Notes under the pieces: model-generated
Seen by the model: only the letters and a program-made list of their open reading frames with translations
Told to the model about the DNA's origin: nothing
Databases searched by the model: none
Position numbers and translations under genes: made by a program
Virus record (IMG/VR): IMGVR_UViG_3300037463_000010
Coordinates: 1-25,894 of that record
Reading direction: 5' to 3' (one strand)
Source: a virus
Lineage: Duplodnaviria > Caudoviricetes
Length of the DNA stretch: 25,894 nucleotides
Part shown: piece after piece, positions 15,245-24,047 of the stretch
Layout of the letters: each line of letters opens with the position of its first letter
Position numbering within the stretch: the stretch's first letter is position 1

Positions 15245-17296
15245 TTACCTGCTCCTGGAGACCATGCGCGAGCCGCCGCCTCCACCGCCGCCCGTGCTCA
15301 CGTCCGGGTAGAACTCGGCCATCATCATGTCGAACCAAGCGTTCTCCTCGATGGTGGCGGCCGCGTCTCCGACGATGTGGATGTCATCACCGGGCGGGTT
15401 CTGCTCCGCGTTGCTGCTGTCAAGGATCGGGTACAGGTCCGGCCCCGCGATCGCGTACTGTTCCGCCGCCACGATGTCGAGTTCCGCCTGGCGGTAGTCC
15501 GTCTGCCGCTGAAGCGTGCCCCAGGTCGCCGCCGCCTTATGGCACGTCGGGACCACCGTGGGGATGCCGAGGTCCGCATAGATGGCCTGGATGATGGCCC
15601 GCTTCGCCGCGATGAACGCCGCCACGCTCGTACCGAAACGCATGTCGCTTTCGTGCAGGCGGTCGATGGCGGCCCGCGCCGCGCCGGTGGAGTTGAGCAC
15701 GCGGTAGATCATGGAGCCGTACAGGGTCGTCCGGTCCTGGTGGTTCGTCGGGACCGCCCAGGAGGGCGTCGGCGCGGAGCCGTCCGAGACGCCGGAGACG
15801 GAGCTGCCGCCCTTCGCGCACGGGATGAATATCTGCGGTACGCCGGTCGCTCGCGCCAGCCGCCCGAACAGCCTCGGCCAGGGAGAGCCGCCGGGGATGT
15901 TCGTCGCGTCGTTGCTCACGCTGTCCACCTGCCCCGTCGCGCTGTCCGTGGGGTCCGCCAGCATGGCCCAGCCGTACGCGTTGGTGAACATCACGCATCC
16001 GGGATGGCCGGCCGTGTCCGTGGTCGTCGTGCGCCGCCCCGAGCCGTTGGACTGCTGGGGCCCACCAACCCACACATCCCCGATGGCGAGGAGCGCGACG
16101 GCGGCGGTCACACTCGTGGAGTTGCTGAAGCGCACCTCCAACCGGCCGTAGCCGGTCGGCAGGTTGATGGTCGCGGTGAACGCGTTGCCCGCCGGAGAAG
16201 CGACGAGCGTCTGCCAGCCGGTAGACTGCGGCAGGTTCGCCGTGTCCGTGTAGATGTAGCGGTACTGGAGCGAGGTCGGCGCGCCGGCATACGTGCCGGT
16301 CACCGTCACCGCCGCCAGGTCCGTCGTGAGGTTCCGCTGGTAGCCGCGGCGCGTCACCGGGCTGGCGATGGTGATGATGGCGACGCCGGTGTACGTCCGG
16401 CTCGCGGCGTTCGCCAGCCCGCCGCTGTTGGTGAACGTGAGGGTCCGCGCGCCCTCGGTTGAGGGATTGATCGTGAAGGTCTGCGCGGCCGGGACGTTGC
16501 CGCCGGACGCGTTGAAGGTGAGCGTGGAGGGCGTGATGGTATCGCCCGGCACGGAGCTGGTGATGGTGACCGTCACGGAACCCGCCAGCGAGCCGTCCAT
16601 CTCCACGGAGTAGGGGCTGGAAGCCACGCCGATGGTGCCCTGGATAGAGACCGGCGGCGTCACCGTGTACGTGGTCGCCGCCTCCACGATCAGGTGGTCA
16701 GCCGTCACCTCGTCCACGTTGATGGTGTAGGGCGTGGTGACCGCGCCGCCCGCGTTGGCGTTGAATTCCAGGTTGTCCAGCGTGGAGAACCCGACGCTGT
16801 TGAAGAAGTTGTATCCGGCCCCGCTGTTGTTGTAGGTGACCGGAGAGCCACCGGCCGTGATGTTCGTGATGGTGATGGAGAGCGTCTTATCCGTGACGCA
16901 GTCCGCCTCCAGCGTGATTTCGTACTCGGTGTCCGCCGCCCATGTGGTGACGGCTATCCCCGTGCCGTTCGTGTAGATGCGGAACGTGCCGTCGTTCTCG
17001 ATGTTGAAGAGGACCGGCGGCGTGCCGGTCCCCACCGTCTGCCCGTTGCCCCATATGCCCATCCGCAGGGCGCGGACGTTCGTCATGGCCGGCGTCTTCA
17101 CCCGGAAGGTGGCCCGCACCCGCGCGCGGGCCCCAAGCGAGCGGTGCAGGTAGCGGTTGGCGTTGATGGCCGCGGCCTGCGCGCTGAAGCCGGTACCGTT
17201 CAGGCCGGGCGCAGTAGACGCGAAATAGCCGGCGGTGCTCTGCGTCCACGCCGCCATGCTGTTGAAGTTCTCAGTGAAGATGTTCGCGTAGGGCAC
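15245..17296 (-). CDS. Modular protein: lectin/Ig-like domains plus C-terminal SGNH-type (sialate O-acetylesterase-like) esterase
   Basis: GDVWVGGPQQSN, GVPQIFIPCAKGGSS, TLYGSM, HESD and DDIH motifs; Thr-rich N-terminal half. Confidence 0.75.
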   Translation of the reverse strand: MPYANIFTENFNSMAAWTQSTAGYFASTAPGLNGTGFSAQAAAINANRYLHRSLGARARVRATFRVKTPAMTNVRALRMGIWGNGQTVGTGTPPVLFNIENDGTFRIYTNGTGIAVTTWAADTEYEITLEADCVTDKTLSITITNITAGGSPVTYNNSGAGYNFFNSVGFSTLDNLEFNANAGGAVTTPYTINVDEVTADHLIVEAATTYTVTPPVSIQGTIGVASSPYSVEMDGSLAGSVTVTITSSVPGDTITPSTLTFNASGGNVPAAQTFTINPSTEGARTLTFTNSGGLANAASRTYTGVAIITIASPVTRRGYQRNLTTDLAAVTVTGTYAGAPTSLQYRYIYTDTANLPQSTGWQTLVASPAGNAFTATINLPTGYGRLEVRFSNSTSVTAAVALLAIGDVWVGGPQQSNGSGRRTTTTDTAGHPGCVMFTNAYGWAMLADPTDSATGQVDSVSNDATNIPGGSPWPRLFGRLARATGVPQIFIPCAKGGSSVSGVSDGSAPTPSWAVPTNHQDRTTLYGSMIYRVLNSTGAARAAIDRLHESDMRFGTSVAAFIAAKRAIIQAIYADLGIPTVVPTCHKAAATWGTLQRQTDYRQAELDIVAAEQYAIAGPDLYPILDSSNAEQNPPGDDIHIVGDAAATIEENAWFDMMMAEFYPDVSTGGGGGGGSRMVSRSR

Positions 17297-17308
17297 GGTC
17301 TCTCTCGC

Positions 17309-17524
17309 CTATCCCTTCAGGAAGTGCCACGTCCCGCGCCCGCGCTCCGCGTCGAACGGCACGCTCTTGACGTAGGACTCGCCCTTCGCGCCGAAGTCCA
17401 CGCGCAGGCTCGCGCGGCCGTCACGCCGCCGCACCACGCGGACGACCGTGGCCGGATGCACGGCCCCGCCCTCCTTCGGCACGTAGCGGACCGGTAGGCC
17501 CTCGTACAGCTCGTCCTTGTTCAT
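17309..17524 (-). CDS. Small beta-barrel-like hypothetical phage protein
   Basis: GAGGAG RBS; G..VRYV...HPATVVRV...GTWHF. Confidence 0.75.
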   Translation of the reverse strand: MNKDELYEGLPVRYVPKEGGAVHPATVVRVVRRRDGRASLRVDFGAKGESYVKSVPFDAERGRGTWHFLKG

Positions 17525-17538
17525 GCTCGCTCCTCACG

Positions 17539-19155
17539 TCACAGGCCCCAATCGGCGTAGTCCGCCGCGCTCGTCCGCAGCGGGAACGCCTCCAAGCGCG
17601 GCCACGCCGTCAGCACCTCCGCCCCGCAGTTGTCCCAATGGCGCTCGTCGCGTTTCGGCATATGGTCCGTGTAGTAGCGTGAGCGGTTGGCGAACTGCCG
17701 GTCGTATTCCGCCTGCTCCATCTCCCCCTCGGCTACCTTCCGCCGCATGTCCGCGTAGACGTTCAGTTGTTCTTGAGCCTCAAGCGCGGTGTGGTAGACC
17801 TGATGGATCAGATGCACGTCGGCCCTGTCGAAGGGCAGCGGCCTGTCAAGCGGCCTGTCCACCTGGTTCCAGAGCCGCCCCTGCCCGTCGCGCTCCTCGA
17901 TAGTGACGCGGTTCTTCCCCAGATAGAGGTCGAACCTGTGACGCCTGTCCACGTCCTGCATCGTGCCGTTGGCGGTCGGGGTCTTGTCCCACCAGGAGCG
18001 GGTCGCCGCCGGATGGTCCGACCACAGGGGCGGATAGCCCGCCAGCACATCCACGGCGCGGCCCCCGGTGAACAGTTTCAGCCGGTGCGTCTCCTGCTGG
18101 ATCTCCCACAGGAGCGAGGTCCGGCCCTTCGTCGGACTCGCCTTCGCGGGATCTTCGGCAAACGGCTTCAGGAGGCCGGGCGTCGTCACCGGGTCACCCG
18201 CGGGCGCCACCAGCAGGTTAATCCACCGCCGCCCCGTCATGTGCGCGTCCACCTCGAAGGTGACGTGCAGCACCTTGCCCTTGAAGTCGAAGGACTGCCG
18301 CGGCGTCATCACGAGCGAGGCGTCCGCGTTCCCGAGGTTGTCTGCCAGCACGTCCATGAAGTGCCCGTCATGGAAGAACACGTGCGTCCGCTCAGGGTCC
18401 GCGCCGTAAGCGGCCATTGTCCAGCGGTCGTTCTGCCACTCGATGTATTCCCCGTAGCTCTGGAAGTGGCTCTCCCTGTGGCCGGGGTTCCGGCCCGTCT
18501 TCACGAGCGGCGCGGCGTGGTTGAAGGTGTCAAAGAAGGCCTGCTCCCCGAACAGCACGCGCGGCTTCGCGGTGAGCGTGAGAGGTGCGCTGGCCGCGAT
18601 GACCTTCAGCGGCTCGTTCGGCCCGCCGTGCCCGTTCAGGACGCACTCACAGTCCGCATGGCTCTCCATCGCGGCGAATTGCGCCGGGTCTTGGAACGGC
18701 CCCAGCCCGCCCGCCACGGCCTCGATAACGACCTGCGTCTCCTCGCCGTGATGCCCCAGGCCGTTCCACTCGATGCCGGGTCGGCGATACTTCCATTGCG
18801 GCACGTCGGACTGCGCGGAGTACTCCACCATCTGCCCGGCATACTTCGTCACGCGCCCGTCCACGGAGCGCAGGCGGTAGTCGGTCGCGCCCGGCACGGC
18901 GTCAAACACCACGAGCGCGCTGCTGTCGTTCGGATGCACCACGATGCCGGTAATCGCGCCAGATACCCCGGAAACGGGCGCGGGTGGCGTTGGCTGCGCC
19001 GGAGGCGTCGGAACCGGCTCCTGCGGCGTCACGGGGTCAGCAGGCAGCACAGGCGCGGGCTTCCCGTCGGGCGCGCTCTCAATTTCCCGCGCCGTCTGAA
19101 TGTGCAGGGCCGCTTCCGCGCGGTGATGCGCCGCGAGCACCTCCGCGAGCGTCAC
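17539..19155 (-). CDS. Hypothetical 538-aa protein with Pro-rich linker and beta-rich domains
   Basis: GTGA overlap with the upstream gene; strong GC3 codon bias on the minus strand. Confidence 0.75.
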   Translation of the reverse strand: MTLAEVLAAHHRAEAALHIQTAREIESAPDGKPAPVLPADPVTPQEPVPTPPAQPTPPAPVSGVSGAITGIVVHPNDSSALVVFDAVPGATDYRLRSVDGRVTKYAGQMVEYSAQSDVPQWKYRRPGIEWNGLGHHGEETQVVIEAVAGGLGPFQDPAQFAAMESHADCECVLNGHGGPNEPLKVIAASAPLTLTAKPRVLFGEQAFFDTFNHAAPLVKTGRNPGHRESHFQSYGEYIEWQNDRWTMAAYGADPERTHVFFHDGHFMDVLADNLGNADASLVMTPRQSFDFKGKVLHVTFEVDAHMTGRRWINLLVAPAGDPVTTPGLLKPFAEDPAKASPTKGRTSLLWEIQQETHRLKLFTGGRAVDVLAGYPPLWSDHPAATRSWWDKTPTANGTMQDVDRRHRFDLYLGKNRVTIEERDGQGRLWNQVDRPLDRPLPFDRADVHLIHQVYHTALEAQEQLNVYADMRRKVAEGEMEQAEYDRQFANRSRYYTDHMPKRDERHWDNCGAEVLTAWPRLEAFPLRTSAADYADWGL

Positions 19156-19517
19156 AGCGAGGCTCCCACGGGCGGGTCCGCATCGTCGGGCGGCTTGATG
19201 CTAGCAATCTTCGCCCGCATGTCGTTGAACTCAGCCTGCAGGCGGGCTTGCACTTCTTCCTCGCTCATGCGGGGCCGTGAAGGTGTCTCGCGCGTCTGCA
19301 CGGGGTCTGCCTGGGTGTTCCTCACGACCGTCTCCACAGGACCGGACGCGGGGCTCTCCGCCATGCCTGCCTCCGCGACATGAAGCATGGCGAGGATGCC
19401 CGGCAGGAACAGGAACGCGCCCTCCGCACCCGCCTGGAGACAGGCGAGATAGGAGGTCACGCCGGCCGCGATGACCCGGATACCGAGCCGGGCCCATCGC
19501 TTGCCCTCGCCGTTCAC
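19152..19517 (-). CDS. Putative holin-like membrane protein
   Basis: GTG at 19517 overlaps the upstream TGA; two hydrophobic segments followed by a charged tail. Confidence 0.6.
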   Translation of the reverse strand: MNGEGKRWARLGIRVIAAGVTSYLACLQAGAEGAFLFLPGILAMLHVAEAGMAESPASGPVETVVRNTQADPVQTRETPSRPRMSEEEVQARLQAEFNDMRAKIASIKPPDDADPPVGASL

Positions 19518-19696
19518 AGTGGGTTCTCCGCATCCTGCGCGATGACTTCCACCAGCAGGTTGACGCCGTTCCGGCTCACCAGCCAAAGGATCTGCGGCTT
19601 GACCGGCAGAAGGAACGGGAACGTCTTCTGCTTCCGGAACTTCGCAATGTCGAAGAACGCGAACCGGAACTTCACGTCGAGCGTGATCCTTAGCAT
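19514..19696 (-). CDS. Hypothetical protein (60 aa)
   Basis: GAGGAG RBS; coupled to the next gene. Confidence 0.7.
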   Translation of the reverse strand: MLRITLDVKFRFAFFDIAKFRKQKTFPFLLPVKPQILWLVSRNGVNLLVEVIAQDAENPL

Positions 19697-19709
19697 GGCC
19701 CTACTCCTC

Positions 19710-20123
19710 TCACTCCTTCGCCCCGATGCCCCACGTAGGCGGCGGCTCTTCGTCCTCTTCGATCTTCTGCGCCAATTGCTCCAGACGGGTAATCGAGAGC
19801 CGCACGCGGGTCGTGTCCGTCTCGCCCAGGCTTGCCATCACCGGCTCGACGATGATGCGCAGCACCCGCGCCTCGGCCGAGACCTGCGGGATAACGGCTT
19901 CCAGGAGCGCCAGCCGCCGGTCCTGCTCCCGCCGCTCGTCTTCGCACCGTTCGGCCCGCAGAATGGCCTTCGCCAGCTCTTCGGAGAGCTGCGTCGTCAG
20001 CTTGCCGCGGTCGTCTATGCGGACCTGACCGATGGCCCCTGAGCGCCGCACAAACTCCGTCAGCGCGACAGTCACGACCGGCACAACGGCCGCCACGATT
20101 AGCGATTGCAGGCCCGTGTCCAT
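19710..20123 (-). CDS. Membrane-anchored coiled-coil protein
   Basis: N-terminal hydrophobic helix followed by an E/R-rich heptad region. Confidence 0.75.
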   Translation of the reverse strand: MDTGLQSLIVAAVVPVVTVALTEFVRRSGAIGQVRIDDRGKLTTQLSEELAKAILRAERCEDERREQDRRLALLEAVIPQVSAEARVLRIIVEPVMASLGETDTTRVRLSITRLEQLAQKIEEDEEPPPTWGIGAKE

Positions 20124-20163
20124 AGTGCCGGTCGTGCCTCATTGCCATGCCCGCCCCGCACCG

Positions 20164-20574
20164 TCACGCGACGGAATGACGGTGGAACAGTATCCAGACA
20201 CAGGCGAGCGCGTTGACGGCCGCCATGTACCCCGCGAACGAGAGGACGCCGGTCGTCACGAACGCCCAGGCGCACCCCGCCCACAGGCTCGTCGCCACGA
20301 ACGCCGCGTGCCGCCGCCATCGCGGATAGCTGTAGTGGATGGCGAGCACCTGGAACGTGCCAGCCGCGAGGAACAGCACGCACCAGAGCGGCCAGCCGCC
20401 TATCCGCACCGCCAGCAGGAACGGCCATGCGTTGACCGTGAGGCCGGCCCCGGAGAGCGCGTACCAGAGGCCCCACGCCACGCCCTTGAGCGCGATGTAC
20501 AGTTCGAGAGGCCGCGTATCGGCCTCCACGATGACATGCCGGTATGTGCGGTGCGGCAACGCCCTCTGAGACAT
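20164..20574 (-). CDS. Four-helix membrane protein (holin-like)
   Basis: GGAGG RBS before ATG 20574; four hydrophobic segments. Confidence 0.7.
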   Translation of the reverse strand: MSQRALPHRTYRHVIVEADTRPLELYIALKGVAWGLWYALSGAGLTVNAWPFLLAVRIGGWPLWCVLFLAAGTFQVLAIHYSYPRWRRHAAFVATSLWAGCAWAFVTTGVLSFAGYMAAVNALACVWILFHRHSVA

Positions 20575-20623
20575 GGCCCCCTCCACTCGCTTCCATGCTT
20601 TCTCGCCTGCGTCGGCGGTCGCT

Positions 20624-20860
20624 TTACTTCTTGGCGTTGGGGCCGTCTTGCTTCCCGGTGTCCTTTGCGCTGTTCGCGTCTCCGGCGGGCGCGGTGTCTT
20701 CCGCCGCCGTCGCCGTCGCCGTCGTCGCCGCCTTCTCCTCGGGGAGGTCCGCCGCGTTGGTGATGATCTGCCCGCCCACGAGGACGGACTCGCCGCCCTT
20801 GATCTTCTCCACCATCTGCGCGCGGGTGAGGCTGCCGCCCTGGTTCTGCTTCTCGGCCAT
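20624..20860 (-). CDS. Small protein following the major capsid gene
   Basis: GAGGAG RBS; Ala/Thr/Lys-rich tail. Confidence 0.75.
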   Translation of the reverse strand: MAEKQNQGGSLTRAQMVEKIKGGESVLVGGQIITNAADLPEEKAATTATATAAEDTAPAGDANSAKDTGKQDGPNAKK

Positions 20861-20882
20861 GATGTTGCTCCTCGGCTATCTG

Positions 20883-20927
20883 AAAAAGGAGCCTGCCGCG
20901 CGCGTTTCACGGTCACGCGGCAGGCTC
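20883..20927 (-). terminator. Intrinsic terminator after the capsid gene
   Basis: GAGCCTGCCGCG...CGCGGCAGGCTC followed by CTTTTT. Confidence 0.85.
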
Positions 20928-20951
20928 AGTGTCTCGCTGGCTGGCTGAGAG

Positions 20952-22067
20952 TTACGGGTTAGTGAGGACCGCGTTCGCGCCCAACTTGTGCTTGCGGGGG
21001 AAGCCGCGCGCGACGGCCCACAGGGTCAGGTTCGGCGGGTTCATGTCCGCGTTCGGGCTGGTGACGTACGCCACGGGGCCGAACGCGGGGCCGTCGAACT
21101 GGCCGAACGGCATGTTCACCATGCTGCCGACGACGCTCTCTGCGACGATGGCATTGGCCCAGTCCCAGGTCATCGGGTCGTTGTCGAACGCCGTGGAGGT
21201 CAGGACGATCTTCCCGGTCGGCAGGAAGCGGGTTCCGGTCGGGGTCGTGCCGTCCGCGTTCTCCACGAAGTAGGTGGAGTCGTTGATCTCCATGTCCGCC
21301 CCGAGGATGCGTCCGGCGAGCCCGATCATGGTCTGGCGGTCCGCCACCGGGAACGACGCCGCGGAGGGCAGGACGAGCTGCGAATACAGCGTTGCCTTGT
21401 TGCGGAACTCGGTCGTCGCCACCATCTCATTGAAGTCCGCGCCGGACATGGTAATCCGGTTGAACTCCACGCCATACTTCTCGCGGCCCACGGTCTGCAC
21501 CGCCTGGATGTCCGCGATGGGCGTGGCGTTCGCGGTGTCGCTCCACGCCGTGCCGATGGTGACCTTGAGGTCCGGGGGCATCCCCCAGGTGACGCCGCTG
21601 TACTTGATGCCGAAGCGGTCGTAGGAGAAGGCGTCGGTCAGCATGGCCCACAGGAGGGCTTCCTCGCGCTGCAGGATACCGATGCGGAGCAGGTCCAGGT
21701 TTCGCATCACGTAGCGGTCCAGCGAGCCGAACTCGAAGCCCGCCGGATTGGCCGCGCCGTTCGCGATGGACAGCAGCGTGTTGATCATCGCCTGGCTGAT
21801 GGGCGTGCCGTGCTTCAGGTTCGGGAGCTTCGTGCGCTCCAGCGCCACCGGGTTCGGCGCGTGGACCACGGCCTTCGCGTCATCCGCCACGATGTCCGCG
21901 GCGTAGGCGTAGCCGGTCACGCGGGCCGTGATCTCGTCGTCGGTGGCCTGCACGGACGGGATGCGCCGCACGGCCGTCAGGTTGAGGGGGAGTTCCCGCC
22001 GGTCCACCAGTCCCTCGACGAAGGCATTGATGCGGCGGGTTCCGAGAGCGTCGTAAATGGTTGCCAT
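20952..22067 (-). CDS. Major capsid protein (lambda gpE-like family)
   Basis: 371 aa; REEALLWAML...WSDTANATPIADI...; follows the decoration gene and is followed by a terminator. Confidence 0.9.
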   Translation of the reverse strand: MATIYDALGTRRINAFVEGLVDRRELPLNLTAVRRIPSVQATDDEITARVTGYAYAADIVADDAKAVVHAPNPVALERTKLPNLKHGTPISQAMINTLLSIANGAANPAGFEFGSLDRYVMRNLDLLRIGILQREEALLWAMLTDAFSYDRFGIKYSGVTWGMPPDLKVTIGTAWSDTANATPIADIQAVQTVGREKYGVEFNRITMSGADFNEMVATTEFRNKATLYSQLVLPSAASFPVADRQTMIGLAGRILGADMEINDSTYFVENADGTTPTGTRFLPTGKIVLTSTAFDNDPMTWDWANAIVAESVVGSMVNMPFGQFDGPAFGPVAYVTSPNADMNPPNLTLWAVARGFPRKHKLGANAVLTNP

Positions 22068-22082
22068 GTCTGATGTTCTCCC

Positions 22083-22532
22083 TTAGCTGTTCACGAAGGT
22101 GATAGCGGGGAACATCGTCTCGAAGTTGGCCTCGGTTGGCTGGCCGGAACCGCCAATTGCCAGCCGGTCCTTGTAGACCAGGCCCCCATCGAAAACGCCC
22201 CCAATTACGTCGCCGTCCCGGCTGAGGACAACCGTCTGGTTCAGCACGAACGCGTCACCGCGCTTGACGGCGGTCACGGTCTCGCGGCCGTCGGACGCGC
22301 CGGTGTCCACCGGGCCGTACTTGCCGCCGCTGGTGATCTTGGAGAGGGTCGTGCCGTAGCGGATGTACTTGTCGCCGTTCTTGACGACCGTGCCATCCGC
22401 GAGCGTGGTGTCCTCGGAAACCGCCGTCACGGTGGACCAGTCCAGCGTCAGACCGGCGGCCTTCCATCGCGGGTTGTTGTCCGCGCTCACCTGCACGCCG
22501 CGGCCCCCGGTCGAAATGACTTCTCGTGGCAT
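22083..22532 (-). CDS. Head decoration protein (gpD-like)
   Basis: GTTLSKITSGGKYGPVDTGASDGRET; lies between scaffold and capsid. Confidence 0.85.
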   Translation of the reverse strand: MPREVISTGGRGVQVSADNNPRWKAAGLTLDWSTVTAVSEDTTLADGTVVKNGDKYIRYGTTLSKITSGGKYGPVDTGASDGRETVTAVKRGDAFVLNQTVVLSRDGDVIGGVFDGGLVYKDRLAIGGSGQPTEANFETMFPAITFVNS

Positions 22533-22534
22533 GT

Positions 22535-23875
22535 CTACTTGGCTCCCTTCCCGGTCCCATTGGCCGCGCCTGCGTACTGGCGAGCGGCTTCCCGCTCCGC
22601 CTCGAAGTTCTTGGTCCCTGCATCCGCGTCACCGGCACCCGGAGAGGTCAGCCGCTGGCCGCCGCCGTCAGCGCCCTTGCCGATGCCGTACTTCTCGTCC
22701 GCCGTGGCTTTGAAGGTCTTGGCGAGGGCCTTCGCGAGGGCCAGGGGAGCCGCCTTGATCGTCTCCTCGTGATCCTTCGCGCCTGGGGCTCCGAACGCAC
22801 GGATAGCCTCCGCCTGTGCGGTCTTGCGGGCCTCCTCCTCCGCCTCGACGCCGGCCGACGCATAGGCCAGCTTCTGCTTGAGGTCTTCCGGCGTCTTGAT
22901 GCCGGCGGTGAGGCACTCGGCCCGCAGCGGGTCCGCGTTGATGGCGGCTTCGGTGGCGGTCTGCACGGCGGCGGTGAACGCCTGCGGCAGATCCTTCTCG
23001 AAGATGGACACGGCCGCATTGTCGTCGGGCGCGCCCAGCACCGCGTTACGCAGTGCGGAGAGCGTTGGGATGGCCGCGAGAGCCGCGGCGATCTGGTTCT
23101 TCATGTGGTTTCCCTTCGCGCCCTTGTCGTGTGCTTCGGGCGACGGTGACGGTGGCCCCGAAGGGACCGAGAAGTAACGGGAGGGGTCTTTAACTTCCAT
23201 CGCGTCCAGCCAGACGGTGAACTCCTTGCGGCTGAACGTGCGGCCGGCGGTGAACTCGCTGTACGCCTTCTCGATGACAGCGCCAGGGCACGCGCCCGCC
23301 CATGCGCCGGACAGCTCCACGGCGCGGGCGTTCTCGATGGTGTAGGTGTTGAGCTTGCCTTCCTCGCGGCGGCCAGGGACGTGCGGGCACGCAGCGAAGT
23401 CGGTCAGGTCGTTGCCGCACACGTCGCAGCGCATGAGGATGGCGGGGCCACCCAGCCCGAGAGAGACTTCGCGGCGCAGCCCCCGCTCAATCTGCTCTAT
23501 CTCGGCATTGGTGGCCTTGCCGTCGCGGCCTCGCGGGTACTGGTGGCGGGGAATGAACACGGAGGCGCGGACGAGGTTGCCGCCCTCGTCATACTCGCCC
23601 TCGTAGGTGTAGCCGTACGTGCCGTCCGTGTTGTGGTCCAGCAGGTAGGGTCGCCCCTGGGCGAGGTCGTCCGCCGCGTTCCGCAGGCTGGAGACGCCGA
23701 TGTGCGAGGCGTAGGAGGTAAGCTGCCCGGTTCCGGCCACGGCGCGGAAGGCGAACACGTCAGCCTCGCGGAAGGGCTTGGAGGCGTGCTGGTTAATGCG
23801 CTCCAGGGCCGCCGCCATATCCTCAGCGGAGAACAGCGCAACCGCCAGTTTGCCGGGGTAGATGGTATCGATCAT
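22535..23875 (-). CDS. Prohead protease - scaffold fusion
   Basis: LLDH, REVSLG, CDVCG..CPHVPG and VELSGAWAGACPGA, then a helical Ala/Glu/Lys C-terminus; ATG at 23875. Confidence 0.85.
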   Translation of the reverse strand: MIDTIYPGKLAVALFSAEDMAAALERINQHASKPFREADVFAFRAVAGTGQLTSYASHIGVSSLRNAADDLAQGRPYLLDHNTDGTYGYTYEGEYDEGGNLVRASVFIPRHQYPRGRDGKATNAEIEQIERGLRREVSLGLGGPAILMRCDVCGNDLTDFAACPHVPGRREEGKLNTYTIENARAVELSGAWAGACPGAVIEKAYSEFTAGRTFSRKEFTVWLDAMEVKDPSRYFSVPSGPPSPSPEAHDKGAKGNHMKNQIAAALAAIPTLSALRNAVLGAPDDNAAVSIFEKDLPQAFTAAVQTATEAAINADPLRAECLTAGIKTPEDLKQKLAYASAGVEAEEEARKTAQAEAIRAFGAPGAKDHEETIKAAPLALAKALAKTFKATADEKYGIGKGADGGGQRLTSPGAGDADAGTKNFEAEREAARQYAGAANGTGKGAK

Positions 23876-23896
23876 TCGGGTTGGACCCCTGAAACG

Positions 23897-23946
23897 CAAA
23901 AACGCCTGCCTCCCGAGAGCCGGTTAGGGCTTCGGAAAGCAGGCGT
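23897..23946 (-). terminator. Intrinsic terminator/attenuator in the head-operon leader
   Basis: ACGCCTGCTTTCCGA...TCGGGAGGCAGGCGT followed by TTTT. Confidence 0.75.
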
Positions 23947-24017
23947 GGTGTCCCTCGATAGGGAGGTGGCCTGTGAGCCGGGTTCAAATTGGGCGCGGGA
24001 GTTGTCCCGCTACGATG

Positions 24018-24047
24018 ATATTACAGCCTTACGGGTGAACCTGTCAA
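24018..24047 (-). promoter_or_regulatory. Sigma70-like promoter upstream of the head genes
   Basis: TTGACA-18 nt-TAATAT; the -35 overlaps the upstream stop codon. Confidence 0.65.

Noticed and set aside
14369-16462. 697-aa plus-strand ORF
   Set aside because: Antisense shadow of GC3-biased minus-strand genes; Arg/Gly/Ala-rich with no domain motifs.
17838-17860. Tandem GCGGCCTGTC repeat
   Set aside because: Two in-frame copies encoding DRPLDRPL; a small local duplication.
17767-19383. 538-aa plus-strand ORF, and similar ones at 20988-22073, 3995-4999, 23381-24382 and 11970-12875
   Set aside because: Antisense shadows expected in high-GC coding DNA.
20701-20732. GCC/GTC microsatellite-like run
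   Set aside because: Simply encodes the AATTATATAA linker.
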